From positions 1 through 47,140 of the forward strand of contig JACROF010000008.1 in NCBI GenBank assembly GCA_016214555.1: 47,140 bases of DNA. Direction: 5' to 3'. Positions 1-10,292 of this stretch are shown one piece after another. The notes beneath the pieces were generated by a model. That model was not told the DNA's origin. It saw nothing but the letters and a program-made list of their open reading frames with translations, and searched no databases. The stretch comes from Candidatus Levyibacteriota bacterium (GTDB lineage: Bacteria > Patescibacteriota > Microgenomatia > Levybacterales > UBA12049). How positions within the stretch are numbered: position 1 is the first letter of the stretch; the number at the start of each line of letters is the position of its first letter. The translations under genes were made by a program, and so were the position numbers.

Positions 1-165
<165 letters not shown>

Positions 166-310
166 TTTGACAAAACATATTTCCAGAGAATACGAATATA
201 TGCGAATTTAACCTCGCGATACTCGCGAACAAGATTCGTGTTAATTCGTTTTCTCACTCTCTTCACTTGTTGAGGAGCTCTCATAAGAGCTCTTATCATT
301 AGTAAGTATT

Positions 311-423
311 TGTCGGTGTCCAAAGCGAGATGGTCCCACCTCTTCCCATTCCGAACAGAGTAGTGAAACGTCTTAGCGCTCACGATACTAGGTTTTTCCT
401 GGGATAATAGGTCGATGCCGACG
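311..423 (+). rRNA. rrf: 5S rRNA
   Basis: CCACCTCTTCCCATTCCGAACAGAGTAGTGAAAC motif; ends TGTCGGT/GCCGACG pair; directly after 23S. Confidence 0.93.
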
Positions 424-456
424 ATTACTTGCTAAGGAACAGCAAGAAACAAATTT

Positions 457-478
457 TCCCCCGTAAGGGGGATTTTTT
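457..478 (+). terminator. Intrinsic terminator of the rRNA operon
   Basis: TCCCCC-GTAA-GGGGGA hairpin followed by T6. Confidence 0.8.
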
Positions 479-482
479 GTGG

Positions 483-1913
483 TTAATTTTTTACAAAAAT
501 ATAGTGGTCTTGGATTTTTTTGTCTTGGCGATAGTTTTTATTAATAAATTCTTGCAGAGCTGTTTGGTAACTCTTGCTCTCTGAGGTGGCAATAACAATC
601 TCCACCTCTTTATTGTTAAGGTCTTGTATCGCTTGGGCTTGGTAGTTCATAAAAAGGCCTGTGTAGTCATAGCGTGTTGGATTTGCTCTACCAAGAAAGA
701 AATAAAACATTGGTGCATAATAGTTGATAAAGATTTTTTTATCTTCCCCATACGCATCGAGTTTGTGTGTAAGATCCGTAATAAGTTTCTCAGTACTACT
801 ATCTGTCCAGATACGAACGTGGGGGTTGGAAACAAAGCTGTTTTGCGTAATAAGAGGAGCATTCCAGCGATAGTACCCGAAAAAGAGCGCTGACCATATG
901 CCTATTATAAAGAGAATCAAGCTGGCAAGAGAGAGGAGATATCTTTGCCATGCTTTCTTTATTTGTAGCAGTAAAGGAAGAATTGCTAATCCATTGAGTC
1001 CAAGAAGGGGAGAGAGGTGGACATAGTCTGTCTCTGGTCTTAGTCCAATTAAGTAGTTTATGAGTACAAATATTCCAAGACAAAATCCTATACTTTGCTT
1101 TTTATTTTTCCAGAGTGTTAATACTGAGAGAAAGAGGGGAGATCCATACAGAAGGAGCTTGCCCATGCCTCCTGGAGACCAGAATTCAAAAGGAGTATGG
1201 AGATTATTTTTAAGAATAATTCTCTCAATTGAGTATACCCACATGTTTGCAATAAAGGATTGAAGCGAATTGGTTGCGAGAAGGTAAAGAAAGAAAATTC
1301 CCATAGACATCACAAATCCTTTTATTATGGGAACAGCAATGTGTTTTTTGTTGGAGCTTATACCAATATCGCATAGGCAAAACAAAAGAAAAGCTGCACC
1401 GAAATTTTGCTTAGTCAAGAACATCAGTGTTATTCCAATGCCTGTAATAAAAAATGACCGCGCGTTGTTCTCCTTTTTTCCCATTAGATAATAAAAAAGT
1501 GAGATGATGGAAATTTCCAAAACAAGTATTCCAGGAGCCATAAAATTAATATGAGATGGCCCCCAGGCTATAAAGAACAAAGCTGGTAAGAATGATAGCA
1601 GTATGTTTTTCGTAAATAATCGCCCTATTTTTATAAGATACAAAATGCTCACAAGAGCGAGTCCTAGATGAAAAAGTCTTTCAACTAAAATGCTTTCCCC
1701 AAAAATTGTAAATCCTAGCGCTGTTAGCCATGCTGTTAATGGTGTATATACAAAGTCAAAATCGCGATAAAGCACTTGATAATTAAGTATGCGCTGAGCA
1801 GTGTTCACGATATACCCCTCATCGGGGAATGAAAGTCCATGAAGACTGGTATAGGTGAGGAAAACAAGCGTAAAAAAAGAAAAAAGACTAAGGGGAAGAG
1901 ATAAAAATTTCAT
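483..1913 (-). CDS. Polytopic membrane protein, GT-C/ArnT-like glycosyltransferase
   Basis: 476 aa, many TM segments, N-terminal 'DEG...YRDF...YTPL' and 'KQNFG' motifs typical of GT-C fold proteins. Confidence 0.65.
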   Translation of the reverse strand: MKFLSLPLSLFSFFTLVFLTYTSLHGLSFPDEGYIVNTAQRILNYQVLYRDFDFVYTPLTAWLTALGFTIFGESILVERLFHLGLALVSILYLIKIGRLFTKNILLSFLPALFFIAWGPSHINFMAPGILVLEISIISLFYYLMGKKENNARSFFITGIGITLMFLTKQNFGAAFLLFCLCDIGISSNKKHIAVPIIKGFVMSMGIFFLYLLATNSLQSFIANMWVYSIERIILKNNLHTPFEFWSPGGMGKLLLYGSPLFLSVLTLWKNKKQSIGFCLGIFVLINYLIGLRPETDYVHLSPLLGLNGLAILPLLLQIKKAWQRYLLSLASLILFIIGIWSALFFGYYRWNAPLITQNSFVSNPHVRIWTDSSTEKLITDLTHKLDAYGEDKKIFINYYAPMFYFFLGRANPTRYDYTGLFMNYQAQAIQDLNNKEVEIVIATSESKSYQTALQEFINKNYRQDKKIQDHYIFVKN

Positions 1914-2027
1914 ACTGCTATTATGCAGAAAATAGTTTTGTCACACAATCTGCCTAGTCTTCTTGCGCTCCTAATACTATAGTGATATACTGTGTCCTAA
2001 TCTTAACTATGAAAGGGACTATGATAC

Positions 2028-3122
2028 ATGGCTTCTTCAGCAAATAAACCTCAATCACCTGGTGCAACATCGATGGCCGAGCTTATGGCTAAATCCTCAG
2101 CAAAACCGATGGTTTCAATCAAAAAAGGTGATCTTATCAATGGGACTATAACCAAACTTACAAGGAAAGAGATATTAGTTGATATTGATGCTAAAAGTCA
2201 GGCGCTTGTTCTTGAGAAAGATCCTCATATGCTCAAGAGTATGATGTCATACCTCTCTGAAGGCCAGGAGGTGGAGGTAAGTATTCTTAGTCCTGAGTCT
2301 GAGACTGGGCAGCCAATCGTTTCGCTTAGGCGTTATATTAATAATCTTATTTGGAAAAAACTTGAGGAAGCAAAGAAGACTCAGGAAAAAATAGTTGTAC
2401 ATATTGATGAAGTAACACGGGGTGGATTCCTTGTTTCAACAAATGAGGGACTTAGCGGTTTTCTTCCCAATTCCCACACAACAGCCTCACAGGGCCCTCT
2501 TGTTGTGGGAAAAGAGATTCAAGTTTCAGTGGCAGATCTCAATAAAGAAGACAATAAAATCATATTTTCACAAAAGACTACAATGTCAGCTGAGGAGTTT
2601 GCTTCGCTTTCATCAGAATTTAAGCCAAAAACAAAAGTAAACGGAGAAATAAGTAGCATAACTAATTTTGGTTATTTCGTACTCCTGCACCCCAAAGGAA
2701 CAGACCATACGATTGATGGACTTATTCACATCTCAGAACTTTCATGGAATAGAGTTGATGATATGGCTGGTATATTTAAGGTTGGAGAGAGTATTGAGGC
2801 ATATGTTATTGGTGCAGATCGTGATTCAAGGCGCATAGATCTTTCAATCAAAAGATTGACTCTTGATCCTTTTGAAAAAATAAAAGAAGATTATCCACTT
2901 GAGAAGCAGACATCATCTACTGTTACGAGAACAGAAGATGGCAATGTATATGTAGACTTAGGTGAGGGAGTGGAAGGGATTATCAAAAAAGAGAAAATCC
3001 CTCCAACAACTATCTACGAAGTAGGCCAGGTTGTCACTGTAACAGTAACTTCACACGACCCAAGACGTCGACGCGTTGAGCTCACCCCAGTGCTTAAGGA
3101 AAAACCCCTGATGTATCGCTAA
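2028..3122 (+). CDS. rpsA: 30S ribosomal protein S1 (4 S1 domains)
   Basis: Repeated S1 motifs (GFLPNSH, DGLIHISELSW, RRIDLSIKRL). Confidence 0.85.
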   Translation: MASSANKPQSPGATSMAELMAKSSAKPMVSIKKGDLINGTITKLTRKEILVDIDAKSQALVLEKDPHMLKSMMSYLSEGQEVEVSILSPESETGQPIVSLRRYINNLIWKKLEEAKKTQEKIVVHIDEVTRGGFLVSTNEGLSGFLPNSHTTASQGPLVVGKEIQVSVADLNKEDNKIIFSQKTTMSAEEFASLSSEFKPKTKVNGEISSITNFGYFVLLHPKGTDHTIDGLIHISELSWNRVDDMAGIFKVGESIEAYVIGADRDSRRIDLSIKRLTLDPFEKIKEDYPLEKQTSSTVTRTEDGNVYVDLGEGVEGIIKKEKIPPTTIYEVGQVVTVTVTSHDPRRRRVELTPVLKEKPLMYR

Positions 3123-3123
3123 C

Positions 3124-3194
3124 GGTAGTATTTAGTATATGGTATATAGTATATAGCAGAATTTGCTAAATACAAAATACTTGATACTAAATAC
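3124..3194. repeat. Imperfect inverted array of ~7-bp units (TAGTATT/TAGTATA...AATACTA)
   Basis: gtagtatttagtatatggtatatagtata...taaatacaaaatacttgatactaaatac; related array at 41621-41706. Confidence 0.7.
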
Positions 3195-3231
3195 CTGAGT
3201 AAAAAGTTACGAAAAGTATATAATCACCAGT

Positions 3232-4614
3232 ATGGCGAGTAAGAAACTCAAAACATCCTTCGTTTGTCAAGAATGCGGCTATGATGCTCCGGCATATATG
3301 GGCAAGTGTCCAGAGTGTGGCAACTGGAATACATTTAAAGAATTCAGGGAGAGTTCGCAGACTGGAGGCAAAGCTCAGTCTGATTCTGTGGTTGCGGCAA
3401 GTAGTGAGGCTCCAAAAAAACTCTCGGAGGTTGTCTATAAAGAGCAGTCACGAATAAGATCTTCATTTGGTGAATTTGATACAGTGCTTGGGGGAGGTCT
3501 TGTTGCAGGGTCTGCGATTCTTCTAGCAGGGGACCCAGGAGTTGGTAAATCAACACTTCTTTTACAGCTCTGTCTATCTTTGTCTAAAGAGGGAAAAATT
3601 GTGCTCTATATTTCAGGTGAAGAATCAATCGAGCAGATAAAGCTACGGGCAGATAGACTACAAGAGCGAAAAAAAGAGGTAAAAAATAAAGAACAAAAAA
3701 ATGACTCATTACTTTTGATTTCGCTTTCAGATCCTGATATTGCAATATCGCATATTGAGAAAATAAAACCAGATCTTATTGTTGTTGACTCAGTCCAGAC
3801 TATGCAGTCTGCAAATCTTGAAGGCTTGTCTGGATCTGTTGGCCAAGTACGCTATGCAGCACTTCATTTTATTAGAACAGCAAAAGCTCTGAGGATACCG
3901 CTTATTCTTGTTGGGCATGTAACCAAAGAGGGTATGGTAGCAGGGCCAATGGTTCTTTCTCACATGGTTGACACAGTTCTTTTTTTGGAAGGAGAAAAAT
4001 TTACCAACGTTCGTCTTCTTAGATCGCTCAAAAATCGATTTGGTCCCGTCGATGAAGTTGGGGTATTTTTAATGGATGAGTATGGCATGGAAGAGGTTGC
4101 CAACCCAGAGCAAATTTTTCTATCCCGCAAAGTTCAGGATGTGCCAGGTAGCGTTCTTGTGGTGACGATAGAGGGGAGTAGGGCGTTTCTGGTTGAGATC
4201 CAGTCGTTGGCAGTTAGATCAACGCTTCCTATGCCACGTAGGGTCGTTTCGGGAGTTGATCAAAAAAGAGTAGAGCTTCTCCTTGCTGTTTTGCAAAAAC
4301 ATTGCCATCTTCCTGTTGACTCAATGGATATTTTTGTTAATGTTGCAGGAGGTCTTAAGTTATCAGACCCAGGGATTGATTTAGCTATTTGCTTGGCGGT
4401 TTTTTCAAGCGTTAAAAATATTCCTCTTTCCAAAACAGTTGGACTTGCTGAGGTCGGGCTTTTGGGCGAGCTGCGTCATGTATCGTCGCTTGAAAAGAGA
4501 GTGAGGGAGGCAAAAAAGCTCGGGTTTAGTGATATCGTCTCTTCGCAGACTCATCAATTTCTCTTTCAGATTCTTAAAGATCGAGGTTCACAGATGAGCA
4601 CAAAGGAGTTATAA
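3232..4614 (+). CDS. radA: DNA repair protein RadA/Sms
   Basis: CQECG...CPECG zinc finger, Walker A GDPGVGKSTL, KNRFG motif, Lon-like C-terminus. Confidence 0.97.
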   Translation: MASKKLKTSFVCQECGYDAPAYMGKCPECGNWNTFKEFRESSQTGGKAQSDSVVAASSEAPKKLSEVVYKEQSRIRSSFGEFDTVLGGGLVAGSAILLAGDPGVGKSTLLLQLCLSLSKEGKIVLYISGEESIEQIKLRADRLQERKKEVKNKEQKNDSLLLISLSDPDIAISHIEKIKPDLIVVDSVQTMQSANLEGLSGSVGQVRYAALHFIRTAKALRIPLILVGHVTKEGMVAGPMVLSHMVDTVLFLEGEKFTNVRLLRSLKNRFGPVDEVGVFLMDEYGMEEVANPEQIFLSRKVQDVPGSVLVVTIEGSRAFLVEIQSLAVRSTLPMPRRVVSGVDQKRVELLLAVLQKHCHLPVDSMDIFVNVAGGLKLSDPGIDLAICLAVFSSVKNIPLSKTVGLAEVGLLGELRHVSSLEKRVREAKKLGFSDIVSSQTHQFLFQILKDRGSQMSTKEL

Positions 4615-4623
4615 TAGGCCTCT

Positions 4624-5379
4624 ATGCCAACCAAATCGAAAAAAAAAGCCTTAAGAGCGAAGGTAAAACTTCCCGTTAGGTCTCAAGAGCGTGACACAGA
4701 CAATCCCTTCATGCTTCCTCCAAAACTTGTTGGCGCTTTAGCAGATGAAGTTGCAAAAACTCTCGTGACTCGTCTTCCTAATATTCTCCCAAGACCCAGA
4801 GCTCGTTCTCAGAAAAAAAAGAAAGGGAGCAAAATCGAGTACGGTATTTTTCTTGATACATCAGCAATTATTGATGGAAGAATTTTTGATGTTATAGATC
4901 TTGGTCTTCTGAATGGAGTTATTGTCGTCCCACAAAGCATCTTACTTGAGCTTAAACATTTAGCAGATTCTCAGGATATGGTGAAAAGAGAGCGGGGTAG
5001 AAAAGGGCTTAGTCATTTAGATCAGCTCAAAAGGAGTAGGAAAATGAAAATTATTATTCTTGATGAGATAAACCACAAAGGGAAAATTATTACCTGTGAT
5101 TATAACTTAGAGAAAAAAGCAACCATAGATAATGTCCTGGCTATTAATGTAAATGCGTTAGCCAATGCCCTTAAGGTAATTGCAGTTCCTGGGGAGTCTC
5201 TTCATATAAAATTACTTCATCCTGGAAAAGATTTGAGCCAAGGAGTAGGCTACTTGGAAGATGGGACAATGATTGTAGTTGAAGAGGGAAGTGATTTTGT
5301 TGGGAGAACAATTGATGTTGTTGTCTCACGAGTAATCCAAACAGCCACCGGCCGCATCCTCTTTGCCAAGAAGATTTAA
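4624..5379 (+). CDS. PIN/TRAM domain protein (YacL-like); looks internally shortened
   Basis: LDTSAIIDGRI PIN motif, RGRKGL, QGVGYLEDGTMIVVE TRAM region; typical neighbour of radA. Confidence 0.9.
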   Translation: MPTKSKKKALRAKVKLPVRSQERDTDNPFMLPPKLVGALADEVAKTLVTRLPNILPRPRARSQKKKKGSKIEYGIFLDTSAIIDGRIFDVIDLGLLNGVIVVPQSILLELKHLADSQDMVKRERGRKGLSHLDQLKRSRKMKIIILDEINHKGKIITCDYNLEKKATIDNVLAINVNALANALKVIAVPGESLHIKLLHPGKDLSQGVGYLEDGTMIVVEEGSDFVGRTIDVVVSRVIQTATGRILFAKKI

Positions 5380-5634
5380 GGCTAATAAAAAACTCTCAGG
5401 CTCTAAAGAGGTGAGAGTTCCGCTCCACGCTTGTCTATCAAGCGAACTCGCAGAGGGTTATATCCTTGGAGAGGTAAGAATTCCTGCCCTAAATTCCTAC
5501 CTCATCTAAACATACAACTCTTTCTGCTCCGTTCCTAAATTCCTACCTCATCAGAGACTGCGAGCTCAATGGGTAATGATGAAAAAAGTCCGTCTATCAA
5601 GAAAAAATCGATTTTTTAGCCTCAATATATTTTC

Positions 5635-5663
5635 TTGACAAAAAGACACGCTTTCTTTATAAA
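5635..5663 (+). promoter_or_regulatory. sigma70-type promoter
   Basis: TTGACA-17 bp-TATAAA. Confidence 0.6.
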
Positions 5664-5815
5664 TTTGTTTAGGCCGTTAGTTTTGTTCCTGCCTGAAGGA
5701 CTAACGCCTTTACCCTAAGAGCATTGCTTATCGTACTTGAACTCATTAATTCTTACGTAACGAAAGCGATGCTCTTTTTGATGGAAATCTCTTTGTCGAC
5801 TCGAGGGCGCTTACC

Positions 5816-5968
5816 CTAGAGAAGTCCAACAGGGACTGCGAGTCCTTGATCAACTAGCTTTTTAAACTGCTCTCTTCCAAGTCTGATCATCATTTCTCTC
5901 TGATAATCCATAGGTGATTTTCTTTCCAGCTTTTGCGGCAATCCTAAAAATGATCGAATCTTCTTCAT
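5816..5968 (-). CDS. Small hypothetical protein, 50 aa (MKKIRSFLGLPQKLERKSPMDYQREMMIRLGREQFKKLVDQGLAVPVGLL)
   Basis: Hand-translated ORF below the track cutoff; a TTGACA-17-TAGTAT promoter lies just upstream (~5976-6004), so the mRNA would be nearly leaderless. Confidence 0.6.
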   Translation of the reverse strand: MKKIRSFLGLPQKLERKSPMDYQREMMIRLGREQFKKLVDQGLAVPVGLL

Positions 5969-6218
5969 AAAAACCATACTAGCATAGGTTTTTCACGTTG
6001 TCAACCTATAGCAAATAGTATCGTAGTATCTCATAGGCCTAGAGTTTATAACATACAAAATAGCTTGATAAATCAAGCTAAAATTATTTCATAAAAATAT
6101 GTTGATAACTTTAGGATAAGAAAACATGATTAAATTGTTACATTATTAGATTGTTCGTAAGGGAATTAAAAACAAAAGAATTATTCTTTTGGAGAGTTCT
6201 TTATGTAGCTGTTGGGAT

Positions 6219-6922
6219 TTAGTTGTTAAGAGAGGATCTGAGGCGGTTGTTAAGTGGATACAAAAGTGAGTTCCAGGAAATCCCCGTTCCATAGAGAAAG
6301 CGAGCCTTGATCCAAAGCGTAAAGTAATGGAAAATTTTTCTCAGATCGCTCCTTTGTGATAATGTATTTGCTTTTCTGATGTATAGATATTGATTAAGAT
6401 TTGCAAACTTACCATATGGGTGGATTTTGGTTAGGAGAGTGCGATACAGCACTGGGTATTGTTGGGAGGTAAATCTCAAAAGATCTCGAGGAAGAAGATA
6501 TCTGTTGATAACAATACTTTCAAGCTGGAGTGAGTCTGAGGTTAAGAATGTTTTTGAGATTGTTGGATCGTCTGTTGGAAAAGAGCTTTTTTGCTAACTT
6601 GCCTTTTAAGCTTATCAGGGGTTACGATATCGCATGGATTCATAAACGATATGTAGCTTCCTTTTGCCTTTTTAAGAGCTCTGTTTAGCGTAACGGTCAT
6701 CCCGTATTGCTTGACGTTTCTTGAGATAATTAGCCTTTTGTCTTTACGCCTATATTTTCGAAGGATACTATATGATGTATCTTTTGAATTATCATCGATT
6801 GCAATGATTTCAAGAGGTTCATAGGTTTGAGAGAGGAGGCTATCAAGGCATTCTGCTAGCTGCGTTTGATTGTTTCGAATTGGAAGAATTATTGAGACAA
6901 GCTGGTCGATTGGTTGAGTCAT
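6219..6922 (-). pseudogene. GT2 glycosyltransferase with internal deletion/frameshift near 6595
   Basis: N-terminal GT2 motifs (LVSIILP, IDDNSKD, KLKRQV). The continuation (KSSFPTD...INRYLLPRDLLRF) is in the frame of ORF 6219..6479. Confidence 0.7.
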
Positions 6923-6999
6923 AACAATGAGGCAGGGAGTATATGTGGAGCAGATTTTTTTGGGCGGATAACAACGATATCATAAAAATAATAAGGCTG

Positions 7000-9900
7000 T
7001 CAAGTTTTTCTCAGTGTTGTTATTAGTACATATCCTCCAAAAATGACAAGGAGTGCGGCTCCTAGATATTGTAAGTATTGAGGGAGATACACAATAACAA
7101 TCGTACCACTTCCTGTAAGTGTCCACCCATTCTCCCAATTATTTATTTTAGTATGGGATGAGATAGGCTTTCCTACAAGAAAAGGCGCTACCAAGGCCAA
7201 TGTTCTTTGAGATGAAGATAGTTCTAGGGGGAGTCTATAAGCTTTCCAGCCTTTGTCGTATGCCTGAGAAAGAACAAGCGTATGCTCACCCTCAGATTGA
7301 TCTTTAACAACATAGAGACTTTCGTTTGGATGCTCCACAGATTGTATGTAAGGGACAGGAGAGTCATTTGGTATGCCGGACTTTACAAAAAGTGAGGATA
7401 TAAAGCTAAGGGGTATTGCCGAGATCGTTGTGTCTTTTATTTCATTCTCAACAGTTTCATTGCCAATTGATGCATTGTCAAAGTGGAAGGAGTACGCAAG
7501 ACCAAATTTTTCTTGAGGAGGAAGCAGGAAGATATCGGTTGTGAAATCTTTGTTGTCAGGAAGATACGTATCAATTGGTGCGTATTGCGCATCTTGGTTG
7601 AGTGCCCAGAAATGAAGACTTTTTCCTCTGAGATTCCTATGAGTTATGCCAATTGCATACCCTTGATTATGAGGGAGTGATCCCATGTAGAATGAGCCAC
7701 ATGAGGTTCCGTTGACAGACATAAAAGTGAGTGTTTCAAAACCCCGAACAAGCTGGGTTGGTCCTGTTCGAAATTGATCGCAATTGGTTTTTTGCTCGAT
7801 AGCATTTCCTTTCATTCTCAATCCCAGGTAGTTATCATTGATAAGCGGAGAAACAACTTTTATGACGTGATCTCCTTTGGAAAGCGTATGTGTGTTACCT
7901 AAGAGAGCGGGCATGTTTCGAAGCTGTGAGGACTGAATGACCGCCTCATCAAGTGCTGCAGATGGAGAGCCAAGCGTTATGATATTGTCTTCTGTTAGGC
8001 TTAAGAAAGTTGTTCCCAGAGTGCCTTCTTTGAGAGGAAAAGAGGTGACGCCGTTGATAGAGATTTTAGCACCGAGATTTTTTTTGGAGGTTGGAATTTG
8101 AAGAATTTCCCTTATTTGTTCTTTGCCTGACAATAGTTTTCCATTGTCCCAAATTTGCGGAGGGTAAAGGGTTGCTGTAAGAACAAGCTCGTTATCCTTT
8201 GTTTGAGCCTCAAAAACAGCTGGGATACTATTTTCCAGTTGAGAATATGTCGGAATAACAAGCGTTGCCTGTCGTGAGAGCGTAATAGTATTTTTTGGTT
8301 CAAGGACAAATTTATCACCACTCATGCTTGCCTTAAATTCTTGCTCGCTCACCGTTTTTTGAGACGAGGTCGATCGGAAAGGATACAAAACTTGAGGATC
8401 TAAAGAGTTTTCATATTTTCCAAAATCTAGATACGCCTTATCACTATTTGACCAAGAATAGCTATTAACGGTTGGAAGTTTTTTTGTTCCAAAAATGTAG
8501 GAATCTGGGTTGTCTAAAAGTGTGACGTGGTAGACTTCAATCTTGCCAAACTGCTCACTCTTTGTGATGGTGGGGATTTCGCGAATCAGCTCTCGGAGTT
8601 GAGGGAGAAAAAGTGCCTTAGGAGAGATGGGATTTTTGACATTTTCATCAATGAGTATCCACGTGATCTGGTATTTTTGTAAAACGTTTTCTAGTGCCTT
8701 TGCGTCTTTTGCATAGAGAGCCTGAGAAAGTTCGTAGTAATAATTTTCATCATAGGAAGACCAGACGTCAAATGCTCGGTCAAGAATTGGCTGTTTGATG
8801 CCATACCAGAGAAAACCTGAGCCACCGTAGTTCCAGTTGTAAAAATTCCAACCCCAGAACGTATGCTGAGGAAAGTTGGCAATTCTTGTGTTTGGATCCT
8901 GCTTCTTAAAAAAATCAAAAAGGTCAAAATATTCTCGAGGGACAACAAGTTGTTGTTTGTTATAGAGCATGTTGCCTTTAAAAACAGGGAAAAGAGTGAT
9001 TCCAAGAAGTATAACTCCTGTCAAAATGCCAAGGAGTGCATGATTTTTGCCACGCTTTTTCAGAAAGGACACAAGTATTTCTATGCCAATGCTAAAAAAG
9101 ATTGCGTAGGAAAGTGCAGTTAAGATCGAGAATTTGGTAAAAGGAAAACGAAACGCCTGGTTGAAGATAGGGAGCGTTTGTCTATAGAGGATATTAATAA
9201 GTGAAAAGGGCGGGGTCGCAACTGCCAGAACGGTTAGGCAAAAAATAAAAAGTCCAATATAGGGATACAGTGAGCGGTCCTTTTTTCTTATCGTCCAGAC
9301 GAGTCCTACAGTAATAACGCCAAAAAGAAGAAGGCCTGAGAGAGCAACGAGCGGATGTTGATAATGATCTCGCCAGGGCTTAAGCATATAGACAAAATTG
9401 CCTTCTCTGTCTGGATCGACATTTTGAAACCAAAATCCTTTCAAAAGCATCGTGTCCATAATCCCTCCGAACTCTTTATTTTGCAGGTAAATTGTCTGGG
9501 TTGCCATCTGATTAATTTTAGAGTTGAGGTTAACGTGAGAGTTGGTAGCTGTAAAATAAAGAAAAGGCAAAAGCCAGAATGCATTGATAACAGTAATTGT
9601 GCCAAAAAGTTTTAGTGCGCCTGTAAGAATTTGCTTTTTTCTGCCAAGAAGATATGTGATGGTAACAATAACGCCAAGAGCAAGCATATAGACGAGAAAA
9701 AGTGTGGGAATATATGCAGCAGGTGAGGAGAGGAGGAGTCCAAGAGATAGAAGCAAAAGTTTTTTTCTTGTTGGATTTTTACAATAGGACAGAGAGAGAA
9801 AAAGCATCCATGGCAAGAATCCGAAATGGGCAATAAAAGCTTCAAAAGGAACAAAAAATGTTTGTACTGTGGCAATGTTAAGAAGGTAAAAAAGTGCCCC

Positions 9901-10290
9901 CATAAAAGGGTACACTCTTTCTTTATTTGCAAAAATAAGATGTCTTAGGAATACATACATACCAAGCGTTCCACTGAGTAACATGAGCATCATCCATAGA
10001 AAGCGAAGGTTCTGAGGGGGAACGAGAACCGAAAGCAGAGCTAAAAATAGCTGTCGTGGTAGATCTGATGCATGTCCCATGCCTCCTAAAAGCCCCAGGC
10101 CTTGGTATTCTTGCCAAACAGCAAAAAGCGACCTTTTGATGTTCATTTCAAAATAAAACTCAGGATGAAGATTGTCCCAGCCAGTTAGCCACGTTTCAGG
10201 CTTGTTATGAATAATACCAATGAGGATGACGATACATGCGAGAATGATTTGCGGCCAGAATGCCTTACCGATATTTGTAAGTTTTTGCAT
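7000..10290 (-). CDS. Large membrane protein (multi-TM N-terminus, extracellular C-terminus), putative glycan-modifying GT-C/YfhO-like
   Basis: 1096 aa; hydrophobic N-half; 'VLSQAYDKGWKAY' and 'INNWENGW' C-terminal motifs; in GT operon. Confidence 0.6.
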   Translation of the reverse strand: MQKLTNIGKAFWPQIILACIVILIGIIHNKPETWLTGWDNLHPEFYFEMNIKRSLFAVWQEYQGLGLLGGMGHASDLPRQLFLALLSVLVPPQNLRFLWMMLMLLSGTLGMYVFLRHLIFANKERVYPFMGALFYLLNIATVQTFFVPFEAFIAHFGFLPWMLFLSLSYCKNPTRKKLLLLSLGLLLSSPAAYIPTLFLVYMLALGVIVTITYLLGRKKQILTGALKLFGTITVINAFWLLPFLYFTATNSHVNLNSKINQMATQTIYLQNKEFGGIMDTMLLKGFWFQNVDPDREGNFVYMLKPWRDHYQHPLVALSGLLLFGVITVGLVWTIRKKDRSLYPYIGLFIFCLTVLAVATPPFSLINILYRQTLPIFNQAFRFPFTKFSILTALSYAIFFSIGIEILVSFLKKRGKNHALLGILTGVILLGITLFPVFKGNMLYNKQQLVVPREYFDLFDFFKKQDPNTRIANFPQHTFWGWNFYNWNYGGSGFLWYGIKQPILDRAFDVWSSYDENYYYELSQALYAKDAKALENVLQKYQITWILIDENVKNPISPKALFLPQLRELIREIPTITKSEQFGKIEVYHVTLLDNPDSYIFGTKKLPTVNSYSWSNSDKAYLDFGKYENSLDPQVLYPFRSTSSQKTVSEQEFKASMSGDKFVLEPKNTITLSRQATLVIPTYSQLENSIPAVFEAQTKDNELVLTATLYPPQIWDNGKLLSGKEQIREILQIPTSKKNLGAKISINGVTSFPLKEGTLGTTFLSLTEDNIITLGSPSAALDEAVIQSSQLRNMPALLGNTHTLSKGDHVIKVVSPLINDNYLGLRMKGNAIEQKTNCDQFRTGPTQLVRGFETLTFMSVNGTSCGSFYMGSLPHNQGYAIGITHRNLRGKSLHFWALNQDAQYAPIDTYLPDNKDFTTDIFLLPPQEKFGLAYSFHFDNASIGNETVENEIKDTTISAIPLSFISSLFVKSGIPNDSPVPYIQSVEHPNESLYVVKDQSEGEHTLVLSQAYDKGWKAYRLPLELSSSQRTLALVAPFLVGKPISSHTKINNWENGWTLTGSGTIVIVYLPQYLQYLGAALLVIFGGYVLITTLRKT

Positions 10291-10292
10291 AG

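Noticed and set aside
5520..5556. Minus-strand CTGATGAG...GAAA
   Set aside because: The intervening sequence cannot form stem II; no stem III.
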